Origin: Macrostomum lignano | Taxonomy: Eukaryota | Assembly (NCBI GenBank): GCA_002269645.1 | Contig: NIVC01003926.1 | Span: 1 to 32,828 of the forward strand | Direction of reading: 5' to 3' | DNA: 32,828 nt | In this document: piece after piece, positions 22,314-32,828 of the stretch | Layout of the letters: each line of letters opens with the position of its first letter | Numbering within the stretch: position 1 is the stretch's first letter | The notes under the pieces: generated by a model | Databases searched by the model: none | Seen by the model: the letters and a program-made list of their open reading frames with translations, nothing else | Told to the model about the DNA's origin: nothing | Made by a program: the position numbers and the translations under genes

Positions 22314-22483
22314 TGTGGGGCTACGGACTGCTCTGCGTCACCGCCATTAACCTGTGCTCCCTGCTGGGCGTCGCTTTTATGCCGGTGATGAAACGAAGTT
22401 TCTACCGACTGCTGCTGACTTTTATGACGGCGTTGGCTGTTGGCTCGCTGATCGCCACTGCCCTGCTGATTTTGCTGCCCGAT
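22314..22483 (+). CDS. SLC39A8/SLC39A14: ZIP transporter exon (TM1-TM2)
   Basis: Acceptor CTGACAG|TG, donor GAT|GTGAG. Encodes (V)WGYGLLCVTAINLCSLLG...ALAVGSLIATALLILLPD, the typical LIV-1 TM1/TM2. Confidence 0.92.
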
Positions 22484-23089
22484 GTGAGTAAAATTCGTTG
22501 TTGAGTTGGGTATAATAATTGGTTATGGACAAGTAAAGGATGCTAACCCTCGAAAATCGTGAAAATTTCACTGGTAAGCGCGGGTTAGTTAGTGGTCGCA
22601 AAATTAAATAGCGAGATAGAAACTTTCTGGATTTTTAAGCACTAAATCGCCAATTCTGCACCTTTTGAACTTCCGCATTTACGAGTATTTTTTCCGAAGT
22701 TGATCTGCAAGTTGATCAAGCGATTGTATTTTAGAAATGCTAAGTGTTATACTGAGAAGCAACTCTTCATCATGTACTTTTCAGCGCAACTCAAATTGCT
22801 ACCGTTCACAACAGATAGACCAGTTTCAAAATAACTTTTTATGTGTCCATCGAGCATGACATGACGCACATATTTTAATAATAGACCCATACACATGTAT
22901 ACGAGCGTGTCTATGGCAAAAATTCTTGCTACCCGATCAAGCTAGCGATCAAGGTTGCAAATTTTGATTTCTTTAAAATAGAAGACTTTCAAGCTTATGC
23001 CTCTATACAGTCTTGAAATCTCCGGTATCAGTTGTCATGACGAGCTAATCAAAATTTAAGGAGATGCGACACCAGGTCAGTCAACGGTT

Positions 23090-23581
23090 TACAGATGGTA
23101 CTCGATGTTCGTTGATGGAGCAGTTCCACTGGTCGCAGCTCCTCGGATTGACCTACCGAGCTCTTGTTGAAGAGGATCCAAAATTTTTGTGTCCGAGACC
23201 TCGTCGGACTTTGTTTGAAGGCTTTTTACAGCTAGGGCATGGAAAAATCTTTCGACAGGTACGACGTGGAAGCTGAGACGTGCAGGTGGTACCTCAACAA
23301 CACGGGCGCAAGGTAAAAAACAGGTCCCGGCTTTTCCAAGGGGATCTTTGACCACATTCAGCGACCACAATGAAGTTCGAGAAGCTGCGTTGCAGTGGGC
23401 AAGAGACTTTGACGAATATTGCTTAAAAAGAGAGGTTCAACAACTCGTTGACCATTGGGAAGCTTTGTAATCAATGCATTTTCAGATTAAATTTTCAACT
23501 AGTATTCTTTTAACAATGTTTTCCGATAGTTCTGAAAACTTTTTAAAATAAATCCTCACGACTTTCCGGACAGCCGAAGTA
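23090..23581 (+). mobile_element. Degenerate Tc1/mariner transposase 3' remnant with right TIR
   Basis: 23351-23470 encodes TTFSDHNEVREAALQWARDFDEYCLKREVQQLVDHWEAL*, resembling the mariner C-terminal helices. A decayed SPDLAPxD-like segment is near 23140. CACGACTTTCCGGACAGCCGAAGTA (23557-23581) resembles a mariner TIR ending in TA. There are stops and frameshifts, and no left TIR was found. Confidence 0.55.
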
Positions 23582-24776
23582 ACACAGTTGGTAATCCAGT
23601 CGCTTTACTCAGCCCACAGGAATGTAGCTAATTGTGCGCTCTGGTGCTGCTTGCGTGACGATAAGTGCGCTCTTATGCCAGTGCTCGCCAATTGAACTGC
23701 TTCGGAACTAAATAATCTCATAATCTGAAAAAGTCTTCAAAAATAACTGCCATGTCTTCAGAGAGAGAAAGAAAAAAATAAAGAAAGATGAAATCTGAGA
23801 CCACTTTTTACAGGTGCATGTAGCTACATGTACTAGTGTATCGAAATGTGCTTTGAACTACGAATATATATCGTTTAACGCTAGAATTGCAAACCAACTG
23901 GTTAATTAATCAAAGATTTTTCTCTTCAAAGATTTTTTAGATTTTCGTTGCCTCGCCGTCGCCACACTCGGTTCGTTTTTGCCTACTCTTCACTAAATTC
24001 GTATAGACACGTTGCGAAATGATTAAGTAATCATATTACTATCGACGTATCGATCGTTTAACGTAGATTGGTTTGATTGTAACATCCAGAGTCAGCGAGA
24101 ATCGCAAACTCTCAAGGGTCTGTTCTCACCCCCATCAAATAAGTTATTAAGTCGCATGATTGATGTACAAAACTGTGAAAGTTTTGAGCCAAAATTGTTC
24201 CACCCAGAGACGCAGGCCATCGTGTTGAATTTGAGAAATGGAGACGTCAAGTTACCGTCAAAATGGCGGCGCCTGCAGCGCTAAAATAAGAACCTTTATG
24301 ATGTGTGTAATCTATGTGAAATTCACATTAGACTTTCACATTCTGTAATAGCTTGTAGAACGTTGAATTGTCTGTTTTAGAAACGACTGATTTCACATAC
24401 AGTAAAATAACCCACCTCCAAACCCGAGTCTAGCAACAACTCAATTACTAGTCGTGGTTATCAAAGCACACACAGTACAGAGTACTGCCTACCTTCAGTT
24501 TTGAATGGCCGCTTTTGTAAATTGTAAGTCTGGTATTATTTTACAGCAAGTTCCACTATCAATCTTATCTAGCAAAGTATTCGCGTAAAACCGACCGAAC
24601 ACTTTGCCTAATTCGGAGTTTTCAGTTTTACACGCTCGCTTCACTATCCCACTCGATAACAAGCAATTAACTGCAGTTCATTCGTTTTGCCGTTTACAAT
24701 GCTAACAATTGAGCAGGAAGTCTACTTCGTCTCGTGACCTCCAGTGTAACTTGTTATGCTGAGAACCTAATCGCTG

Positions 24777-25460
24777 GAGAATCTAGTTCCCTTAAAATTT
24801 AGTCCCATGAGAATCTAGTCCCTTGATAATCTAGTCCTTTGATAATCTAAATGCCTTGATAATCTAGGTCCATGAGAACCTAGATCCATCAGAATCTAGT
24901 CCCATAATAATTTAGTATCATGAGAATTTAGACCCATGAGGACCTAGTGTCTTGAAAATCTAGTCTCATAAAAATCTATTCCGATAAGAATCTAGTCTCA
25001 TGAGAATCTAGTTCTATGAGAATCTAGATCCATGAGAAATTATTCCTATGAGAATATAGTCCCATGAGAATCTAGTCCTTTGAGAATCTAGTCCATTGAG
25101 AATCTAGTCCATTGAGAATCTATAGTCCATTGAGAGTCTAGTCCCATGAGAAGCTAGTCCCATGAGAATCTAGTCCCATGAGAAGCTAGTCCCATGAGAA
25201 TCTAGTCCCATGAGAATCTAGTCCCCTGAGAATCTAGTCCCATGAGAATCTAGTCCCATAAGAATCTAGTCGCATGAGAATCTAGTCCCATGAGAATCTA
25301 GTCCCATGAGAATCTAGTCTCATGAGAATCTAGTCCAAAAGGAACCTATTGCTTTACGAATCTCAATTTCCTTAAGAATCTAGTCCTTTAAAAACCTAGT
25401 CCGTGTAAATCTCTCTATTGAGAAATTATTCTCTTTAGAATCAAGCATATGAGAACCTAT
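24777..25460. repeat. ~16-17-bp minisatellite (GAGAATCTAGTCCCAT), array 1, in a ZIP intron
   Basis: About 40 units, homogeneous at 25130-25340 and decaying at both ends. Confidence 0.95.
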
Positions 25461-25555
25461 TATAATGATAAACTAGTATTTAGATTATTCCTTTAAATAA
25501 ACGAGTTTGCAAATGAAACATACTGGTGCATATTTTCACTACTGCACCAAAACAG

Positions 25556-25762
25556 TCGTTTGAGTTGGCTTTCATACACGAGGAGACGAATTCGGCTCAC
25601 TCCGTCATCAGCCGGTTCGCGTCAACAAAAGCTGAACGAGAAGGCTGGAGCCAGTTTCTGTCTGCAAGGCCCTGGTACCTCTGGAGATGCTGCTTCGCTT
25701 TCGGTGGAATCTACCTGTTCTATGTGCTGGAGCGCCTACTCAAAGAGCTACTAAGATTAAGG
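25556..25762 (+). CDS. SLC39A8/SLC39A14: ZIP transporter exon (TM2-3 loop, TM3)
   Basis: Acceptor AAAACAG|TCG, donor AGG|GTGAG, phase 0/0. Encodes ...YLWRCCFAFGGIYLFYVLERLLK. Confidence 0.9.
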
Positions 25763-26918
25763 GTGAGTGAGTCATTTAAAATTAAGTTTCTTTAGGTACC
25801 TGCTGCCCAGTGCTTGCATAATAAGTGATTTTAATCCTGGTGTGCATTTCCGATGTACATCCAATATTCTTGGCTTTCTGTTTTTAATGTACGCAGTCTC
25901 AAGTGGAGGGTCGCTGCTAAATATATAAATCGATCGCACAGAGCCTACAGTAGATTGAGGCTTTATCGGCTACACACAACACATAACTTTCTCTCTCTCG
26001 GCTTCGCTCTCTACAGTTTCCTAGAATTAAAAGGTTGTTAATATTGTTGTCCTAATATCGGCAGTTTTTACATTTTGTACCTAAATTTCAAAGTTCAAAG
26101 GTTCTTACTTTTAGCGCTTGTACGTTCGTAATATTGTTAAGCGGAAAAATTGAACTTTGGCCTATGTATTTATTTTGTTCTTTAGCTTTGCCATTCCTTT
26201 TTTAAAGCTTTGTCTTTATTTGCCTTGATTTCAAAAAAATAATTCTTTTCTTTAGATGACGGATTAGCATAAAAACGACATTTTTAGGTGAAATATTGTT
26301 TTTTAGTTTTTTTTACAATAATTTATGCTTGATATTAGGCTTTTCAGCTTATTTTCAAACCGATGGTAAAAACAAAACTTCATTACTGTTTCTGGCGGCA
26401 TGATCCATCATCGTCTTCCTAGCTACTATTACAGTAGTAACTTCAGGACTTAGATGCCGTTGTAATTTTTTTTTGTTTCATGCCGCTTTTTCTAATCCTG
26501 CACCACTTACTAATGAATGAAGTTCCGTTTGCATCAAAAAGTATATATCAAGCGACAGTATCAGTATATGCAAAGTTCAATTTAAATTCGCGCCAAAATT
26601 CGTAAAGTGTAAATGCAAATACATGTAGTAGTAAAAAAATAAAAGACACTCTTTCACTCTTAACTCTAGTATAATTAAAAATAATTTATTTGTACTTTGC
26701 GGTGAGTAAGATAATAACCCTTTTTGGCACGAATTCAAATTAAAAGTATACGCGGTCACGGTCTGAGCTCTAGTGATAAGTCTTAAGTACGAATTTATGC
26801 TTGTGAATTCATAAATTTATAAATTTGCGACAAAATCTAGCCGATTGTGAACGTACGATTAACAGTCCGGCTGCATGAGCTGAACTTAATTGATTTGATA
26901 ATTCTATCAATTTTTAAG

Positions 26919-27458
26919 TCGAACGGCAGTGGCCTGCAGCATGTTCATACGCACGGAGTTGAGACTGAGCAGGAGCAGGAGCTCAATAAAAGCATCAACA
27001 ACAATATCGAGATGCGGACTCAAGCTGAGCCAGAAATCGAAGCCGGCCTGTCTGGAAGAAGAACAGTCGACGACGCAGTTCCAACTGGACGAGCTGCTAA
27101 ACTGCGCGCACGACTTGCCAGCGTGCAGCCCGTGGCCTGGATGATTCTGCTTGGCGACTCGCTGCACAACTTCATCGACGGGATTAGCCTCGGCGCGGCG
27201 TTCGCTCGATCCCCAATGACTGGCGTGAGCATAGGACTGGCCGTCCTGTGCGAGGAGCTGCCCCACGAACTAGGCGACTTCGCCATCCTGTTGTCGGCTG
27301 GCATGTCCATCCCGATGGCTGCCGTATCCAATATGCTGTCCGCCTGCGTCTGCTATGTTGGTTTCGCAATTGGCGTGCTTCTGGGAGAGGTCGGATTCAG
27401 CGTTTGGATCTTCGCGGCCGGCGGGGGAATGTTTCTCTACATCAGTCTGGTTGACATG
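26919..27458 (+). CDS. SLC39A8/SLC39A14: ZIP transporter exon (cytosolic loop, TM4-TM7)
   Basis: Acceptor TTTTTAAG|TCG, donor ATG|GTGAG. Contains HVHTH loop, TM4 GDSLHNFIDG, TM5 CEELPHELGDFAILL, and AGGMFLYISLVDM. Confidence 0.96.
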
Positions 27459-27518
27459 GTGAGAATAATTTCAGCTCTTATGCAGTGAAGTCAGGGGGTC
27501 GCAGCTCCTCCTCCGACA

Positions 27519-28585
27519 ATAGAATCTAGTTCCTTGAGAATCTAGTCGCATGAGAAACTAGTTAGTCCCTTGAGAATCTAGTCCTTTTAGAATCTATTTA
27601 TATGAGAATATAGTCTTTTGAGAATCTAGTCCCTTGAAAATCTAATTCCTTTGAGAATCTAGTCCCTTGAGACTCTAGTTCCTTTGAGAATCTAGTCCCT
27701 TGAGACTCTAGTTCCTTTGAGAATCGACTCCCATGAGAATCTAGTTCCTTTGAGAATCTAGTCCCTTGAGAATCTAGTTCCTTTGAGAATCTAGTCCCTT
27801 AGAGAATCTAGTTCCTTGAGAATCTAGTTCCTTGAGAATCTAGTTCCTTGAGAATCTAGTCGCATGAGAAACTAATCCTTAGAGAATCTAGTCCTTTGAG
27901 AACTAGTCCTTAAAGAATCTAGTTCCTTGAGAATCTAGTCGCATGAGAAACTAGTTAGTCGCTTGAGAATCTAGTTCCTTGAGAATCTAGTTCCTTTGAG
28001 AATCGACTCCCATGAGAATCTAGTTCCTTTGAGAATCTAGTCCCTTGAGAATCTAGTTCCTTTGAGAATCTAGTTCCTTTGAGAATCTAGTCCCTTAGAG
28101 AATCTAGTTCCTTGAGAATCTAGTTCCTTGAGAATCTAGTCGCATGAGAAACTAGTTAGTCCCTTGAGAATCTAGTCCTTAGAGAATCTAGTCCTTTGAG
28201 AACTAGTCCTTAAAGAATCTAGTTCCTTGAGAATCTAGTCGCTTGAGAATCTAGTTCCTTGAGAATCTAGTTACATGAGAAACTAGTTAGTTCCTTAAGA
28301 ATCTAGTCCCTTAAGAATCTAGTCCTTTGAAAATCTATAGTCAAATGAAAAACTAGTATTAATCCAATGAGAATCTAGTCCTTTGAGAATCTATTTATAT
28401 GAGGATCTAGTCCCTGGAGAATCTAGTTCTTTTGAGAATCCAATCCTTTGAGAATCCAATCCTTTGAGAATCCAATCCTTTGAGAATCCAATCCTTTGAG
28501 AATCCAATCCTTTGAGAATCCAATCCTTTAAAAATCTAATCCCACGCGAATCTACTCTGTATAGAATCTAGTCCCATAAGAACCC
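27519..28585. repeat. ~16-17-bp minisatellite (GAGAATCTAGTTCCTT), array 2, filling most of the last ZIP intron
   Basis: About 60 units of the same family and orientation as array 1, with local GAGAATCCAATCCTTT and GAGAAACTAGTTAGT variants. Confidence 0.95.
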
Positions 28586-28653
28586 GAATTCGTTGGCAAA
28601 ATAGCCGCAGGTGTAATACCGCCAAACCGTCCAATCCTCATGCTTACTTCCAG

Positions 28654-28803
28654 ATGCCCGAAGTGAACTCAGCGATGGACACGGCCAAATCCTTTGGTCT
28701 GAACAGATGGAAAATTTTCTTACTGCAGAACATTGGCCTGCTATTGGGCTACGGGCTCATTCTGCTGATTGCTGTGTTTGGCGGTGAAATCAATATTGAA
28801 TGA
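28654..28803 (+). CDS. SLC39A8/SLC39A14: ZIP transporter last exon (TM8, stop); absent from the ORF track
   Basis: Acceptor TTACTTCCAG|ATG. Encodes MPEVNSAMDTAKSFGLNRWKIFLLQNIGLLLGYGLILLIAVFGGEINIE*, the typical LIV-1 end (LQN.GLL.G). Confidence 0.93.
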   Translation: MPEVNSAMDTAKSFGLNRWKIFLLQNIGLLLGYGLILLIAVFGGEINIE

Positions 28804-30436
28804 TAGCTGCATATTTAGTTATGCTTGCTTCTTAAGCGTTTAGATTAATGATATACGACGTAACTTTGTTTACTTTGTATGTCTGATAGTTTTGTTCTTA
28901 TAACTATTTGGAATTCTAAAAAACAGTTTCTAAAAATAACTACTGCTGTATGCACGTAATATCGCTTTTCTATCGTCTTTTAAACGCCTTCCGTTTTAAG
29001 ACAGACGAGTTAGTATCTAATTAGCCCCTTCGTATTTAAACGGCACATCGTTTTAACTAAGTTTTTACGATGTCGATATTCAATTGTTTTAAACATTTTT
29101 ACAGTCGGGATATATTTATTATTGTATTAATAAAAGTATTTAATAATAATAATTGCATATAATCACAGATACTATATAGATACTACTAGTGATAGTTAAC
29201 TGCTTCGGCCTAAAATTTGCGCCCGTACTTTTGTATTTGTTTTACTGTGTGCTTTTTAAGAAAGTGCCGTACGAGCGTACTGTAAAAATACTTGCTAATT
29301 TACACATTGAGAGTCTTTAGACAAGATTATTCTTCAATTGTATCTCCCAGACCATTCCCTTAACGGTTGCATGCTTATCGCTGCTCGCTAAAATTATACA
29401 TGAGTCAAATTTATTTACTGAAGCCGTCAATTACCAAATTCAAAGACAAGTAAAAAACCGCCAGAGTCTCACTATAGATGCACTTCTCAGCTTAAAAAAA
29501 GTTGGTCATAAAAACTTTTAACGGCTTTCTAATAGTAAAAAACTGGATTTTAATTCGAACTTAGTTGTAGCGGCTTTATTTATCAGCTATTGCACAATTA
29601 GAAGACATCATGCAAATTACAATACCAAATATGTTATTTTTATATACAGTACAAGTTAATTTCACTAAAAGCACACTTTTACTGAACAGAAAGCATTTAG
29701 CATAAGTGAAAAAAACGGAACAATTAGCCCGAAAATTAGCTGTTCGGCGAATATTGACGGAATTTACTGTTCTGAGATTTCTTACTCAACGATTTTTGCT
29801 AATTAGGCAAGATAACAACTACAGTAGGACTGGCACTGCATGAAACAAAACAACAAAACACAAAATATTGCTATGCAGCTAGGTTCCCGACTGCTTAAAT
29901 TTAGTAGTTATTCATTATTTTTTAAAGAATCTCACCTCAGCAGTAAAAAATAAATGTTGAAACATACTTTAATCGATTATAATCAGTTCAGTTTGCAACA
30001 AAGGATTTTAATGACGTGATTCCGGAACCAGAATTATCAAAGGAAAATACTTTGTATGCTTTGTTTTTGAATATAAGCAATATTATGCCGAATTTTAGCT
30101 AGCTACGTTAAAGTAATTTATTTAAAAAATAACCACTTCCACTACTAAATCTAGCGGCAAAGAACTTTGCAAACTGATTCTGGTTCCGGAATCAGAATTG
30201 ACAATATATCAAAAGAGAAATGAGTAATGGGTCGAAAAAAACAAATTTAATAATGAAGCAAAATTCGAAACCCGAAAACGTGATGCCTACGATCCAATAA
30301 AAATCTTAGCCTCATCGCAGAGAAAACTTGTTTAAAAAGTAGCTTTAACAGACCTTCCGGATTTCAACGGCTTTCATGGAATACATTTATGCACCAACCA
30401 TACAGCTGTCGTTGCTAGCTCCGTCAATAAAAAAAA

Positions 30437-30623
30437 TCAGTCCATAGTAGGCGCCGACTGAACCAGTGGCACCGCCAGCTTCTCAGCCGACGTGTAATCT
30501 CGACTACCAGCTGCTGAGGACGATCTGCGCTGCTCTGGCGGCGTCTGAAAGCTCGAGCTGTTGCGGCGCTGACTCACCAGCGGGGACGCTTCCGGGGATA
30601 GCGACGACGGACGGATAAGGAAT
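30437..30623 (-). CDS. slo-2: slo-2/KCNT K+ channel, last exon; absent from the ORF track
   Basis: Acceptor TTTTTCCTGCAG|A completes GT+A (Val), giving GDIV-FLIRP (cf. KCNT GDIVYLIR). Open to TGA at 30437-30439. Confidence 0.85.
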
Positions 30624-31072
30624 CTGCAGGAAAAATGATGAAGTTTTCAGCTGGACAGTTTTTCTCTGGAATAATAATAGACTGTCGCCCCGTCTAAAGT
30701 TTTTTTATTTAATTTACCGTTTCGTCATAAATCAAAAAAGTAAACAAACAATCAAAACTTCAAGCTAAAAAGAAGCCGAACTTCGTATTCCGACATCAGT
30801 AGACGCAGCTGTCATAGTCTTCTTATACAGTTTCTCACGTTCCTCATATCATTGTGTAATATAAAAGTAACCATTTACCAGAGACGTCACAGACGAGACC
30901 AGGTTCTTGAACGAGAACTACTTCAACGACGCAATATAATCTTAATATCTGGCCTTGCTTTGATCTTATAATGCTACGCTCGTAGCCCATCCTCCAAGAT
31001 CCTCAGTTGCTTGGCCCATTATATTGATAATTATTTGTTGTACATACTTCATAGTATATTTCATATTCTTAC

Positions 31073-31308
31073 ACAATATCGCCAGTCTCCAGTTTCTGGT
31101 CGTACGGGGGATTAATGATGACGTAAGAGACGGAGTCCTTCGGCTGCTGCTGCAGCACCGACTCTTCGTAGTCTTTGTGGCCCATTCGCAGGTATTCCAT
31201 TCTGTAGCGGATCATGTGCGAGATTTCATGCTTCTCAAGAGCCTCTGCTGGTGATGCCGCTTGTGTGTGGTCCACTGGAGGCCGGTCTTTCTCAAAGTCC
31301 ACGGAAAC
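31073..31308 (-). CDS. slo-2: slo-2/KCNT K+ channel exon
   Basis: Acceptor TTTCGTCCGAAG|GTT, donor GT|GTAAG (phase 2). Encodes ...EISHMIRYRMEYL...VSYVIINPPYDQKLETGDI. Confidence 0.88.
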
Positions 31309-31364
31309 CTTCGGACGAAACAGAAACCAAGTGTCGGCTGTGCTCCTGCATCCTACCTGCATTC

Positions 31365-31368
31365 AATA

Positions 31369-31415
<47 letters not shown>

Positions 31416-31420
31416 TTATC
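31365..31420. repeat. (TATC)n microsatellite in a short slo-2 intron
   Basis: About 12 TATC units. Confidence 0.95.
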
Positions 31421-31499
31421 TACTATCCCTCCCCTTCTCACAGCCGCTGCTATTGTAGCTATTAATTTCCCAATAATTATTTATCGAATAATAACTTAC

Positions 31500-31655
31500 A
31501 TGCGATGTTGCATCATCATTCTCGCCATTCTCATTTACGCCAGTCTTATTGAACGACTTATAAATGCCAATAGGTATTTCGCAGGTGCTGGCGCACAATT
31601 TCTGGTATAAGCGACCGTAGGTTCGGATCCACATATCGATTCCAGTGATTCGCAT
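31500..31655 (-). CDS. slo-2: slo-2/KCNT K+ channel exon
   Basis: Acceptor GCGCAG|ATG, donor CAT|[37 protein letters not shown] matches the conserved [15 protein letters not shown]....EIPIGIY. Confidence 0.93.
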
Positions 31656-31747
31656 CTGCGCATTACAGCGAAAAGAGGTTGTAATCAGTTGCACTATGCA
31701 AAACATGAAGAGTATACCGGTATACCGTAAGTTAGATCAAGACTCAC

Positions 31748-32179
31748 GCAGGTGAGGTGACCCGATCCCCTAGCCTGATCGATTCCCAGCAGTAGTCGAA
31801 CAAACGCAATCAGGTAGTCCTTGACAAAGGCCTGATAGAGCAGAGTGTCCAGCATGGACGCTGAAAACACTGAACCGGAAGCAAATCCCAATCGGAACAT
31901 GTAGGACAGGTGCGAACCGCGCTCCCGTTCCTTCTTCTCCATTTTGGACATTGACATCTGCAAGAAGTCGTCCGCTTTGAACTGAGTAAATCGCATGTTG
32001 GAACTCTGACTCAGCTCAGTAATGATGTTAGCCCGGGGAATAGCTTGAATATTGTTTGAACCGCGATGATGGTGTTGCAATCCTCAAGTGTGTTCTCTTC
32101 GGCAGAGTTTGAGCTCTCCTTGTTCACGACCACTACGCTGTCTGAGTAGAGAATTCCCGCGTTTAATAAGTCGTCGATG
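31748..32179 (-). CDS. slo-2: slo-2/KCNT K+ channel exon (RCK2 region) with a 1-nt frameshift at 32035-32038; upstream exons beyond the window
   Basis: Acceptor TTCACCCACAG|C, donor TGC|GTGAG. The 5' part encodes [18 protein letters not shown]...[16 protein letters not shown]. The 3' part, in another frame, encodes [16 protein letters not shown]...[24 protein letters not shown]...GSGHLTC. Both are conserved KCNT sequence. Confidence 0.92.
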
Positions 32180-32828
32180 CTGTGGGTGAAGCGTGTTTTT
32201 AGGCAACCAGTGAATTAATATTTATGCATATTATTTTCAAATACTTTCAATACATCGAAAGCTGAAATTTTGAAATAATTTTTCAAGGAATTGCAAACTA
32301 AATTAGCTTGGTTTCCTTTTGAAAACTTTTTAAGAAAAACATGTAGTGCAATTGCTGAGACATCACCAATCGGGAAAATTTAAGTAGGAAGCTACCCGTT
32401 TAAATCGTGCAAGACCGACTTTGGCTACTGAAACCATTAGCTGGCTCGGGCATTTGCAATTTATTTTTCCAATAGAATAGCACTTAGAATAGAGCATGTC
32501 TCTATTTCATTCAAGTTCGATTTAAGCTCTTTCTTATCTGTATTGTTTTAACTTTAACATTATTTGATAACTCTATCTGGAGAATTTGTGAATCAACTAT
32601 GTAGCTCGTACTTGCTCGTACTTGCAAATCGTTTAAGATCTAAAAAGCAAACCAAAAGGGTGTAAAACATTCTCTTGCGTTGATTATGCTACAATCATAT
32701 TGAACGTGGGTGTTTTGGATCTTGTTTAATCTTGGCTACAGCACTGAGTGTGGATCGAAATATAAGGCATTTCATTGATTTTTACAAAAAACGGCAAACA
32801 AAAAATTAGGAATTACGCTTATTACTTA

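Noticed and set aside
26907-27454. Overlapping alternative-frame and antisense ORFs on the ZIP exon (and similar ones on the receptor and WD40-like exons)
   Set aside because: Shadows of GC-rich coding sequence with no independent motifs or splice support.

Overview
Eukaryotic (metazoan invertebrate) genomic DNA: GC-richer exons in AT-rich, repeat-laden introns. The style is compatible with a flatworm such as Macrostomum, but that is inference and cannot be proven from the window. Four intron-containing genes can be reconstructed by hand with GT-AG boundaries and consistent phases. (1) The 3' terminal exon of a WD40-repeat-like gene (+) is present twice (3113-3632, 6707-7226), because a ~3.6 kb block including a 30-bp minisatellite is tandemly duplicated. 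(2) A complete 3-exon, 455-aa 5-HT7-type serotonin receptor (-, 17221-8936). (3) A LIV-1-subfamily ZIP metal transporter (+, ~21128-28803, 5' end unresolved) with the ZIP8/ZIP14-type EExPHE motif. (4) The 3' part of a slo-2/KCNT K+ channel (-, 32179-30437) with a 1-nt frameshift in a homopolymer. Non-coding DNA holds four tandem-repeat families (30, ~21, ~16 and ~79 bp), purine/pyrimidine tracts, two tRNA-derived SINE-like elements, two hAT-like MITEs and a mariner relic. Most ORF-track entries are repeat artefacts or antisense shadows. There is no CRISPR array or prokaryotic system, and I cannot support a clearly new biological system. The best leads are the duplicated terminal exon, the slo-2 frameshift, an orphan antisense exon candidate and splice-site-like repeats.
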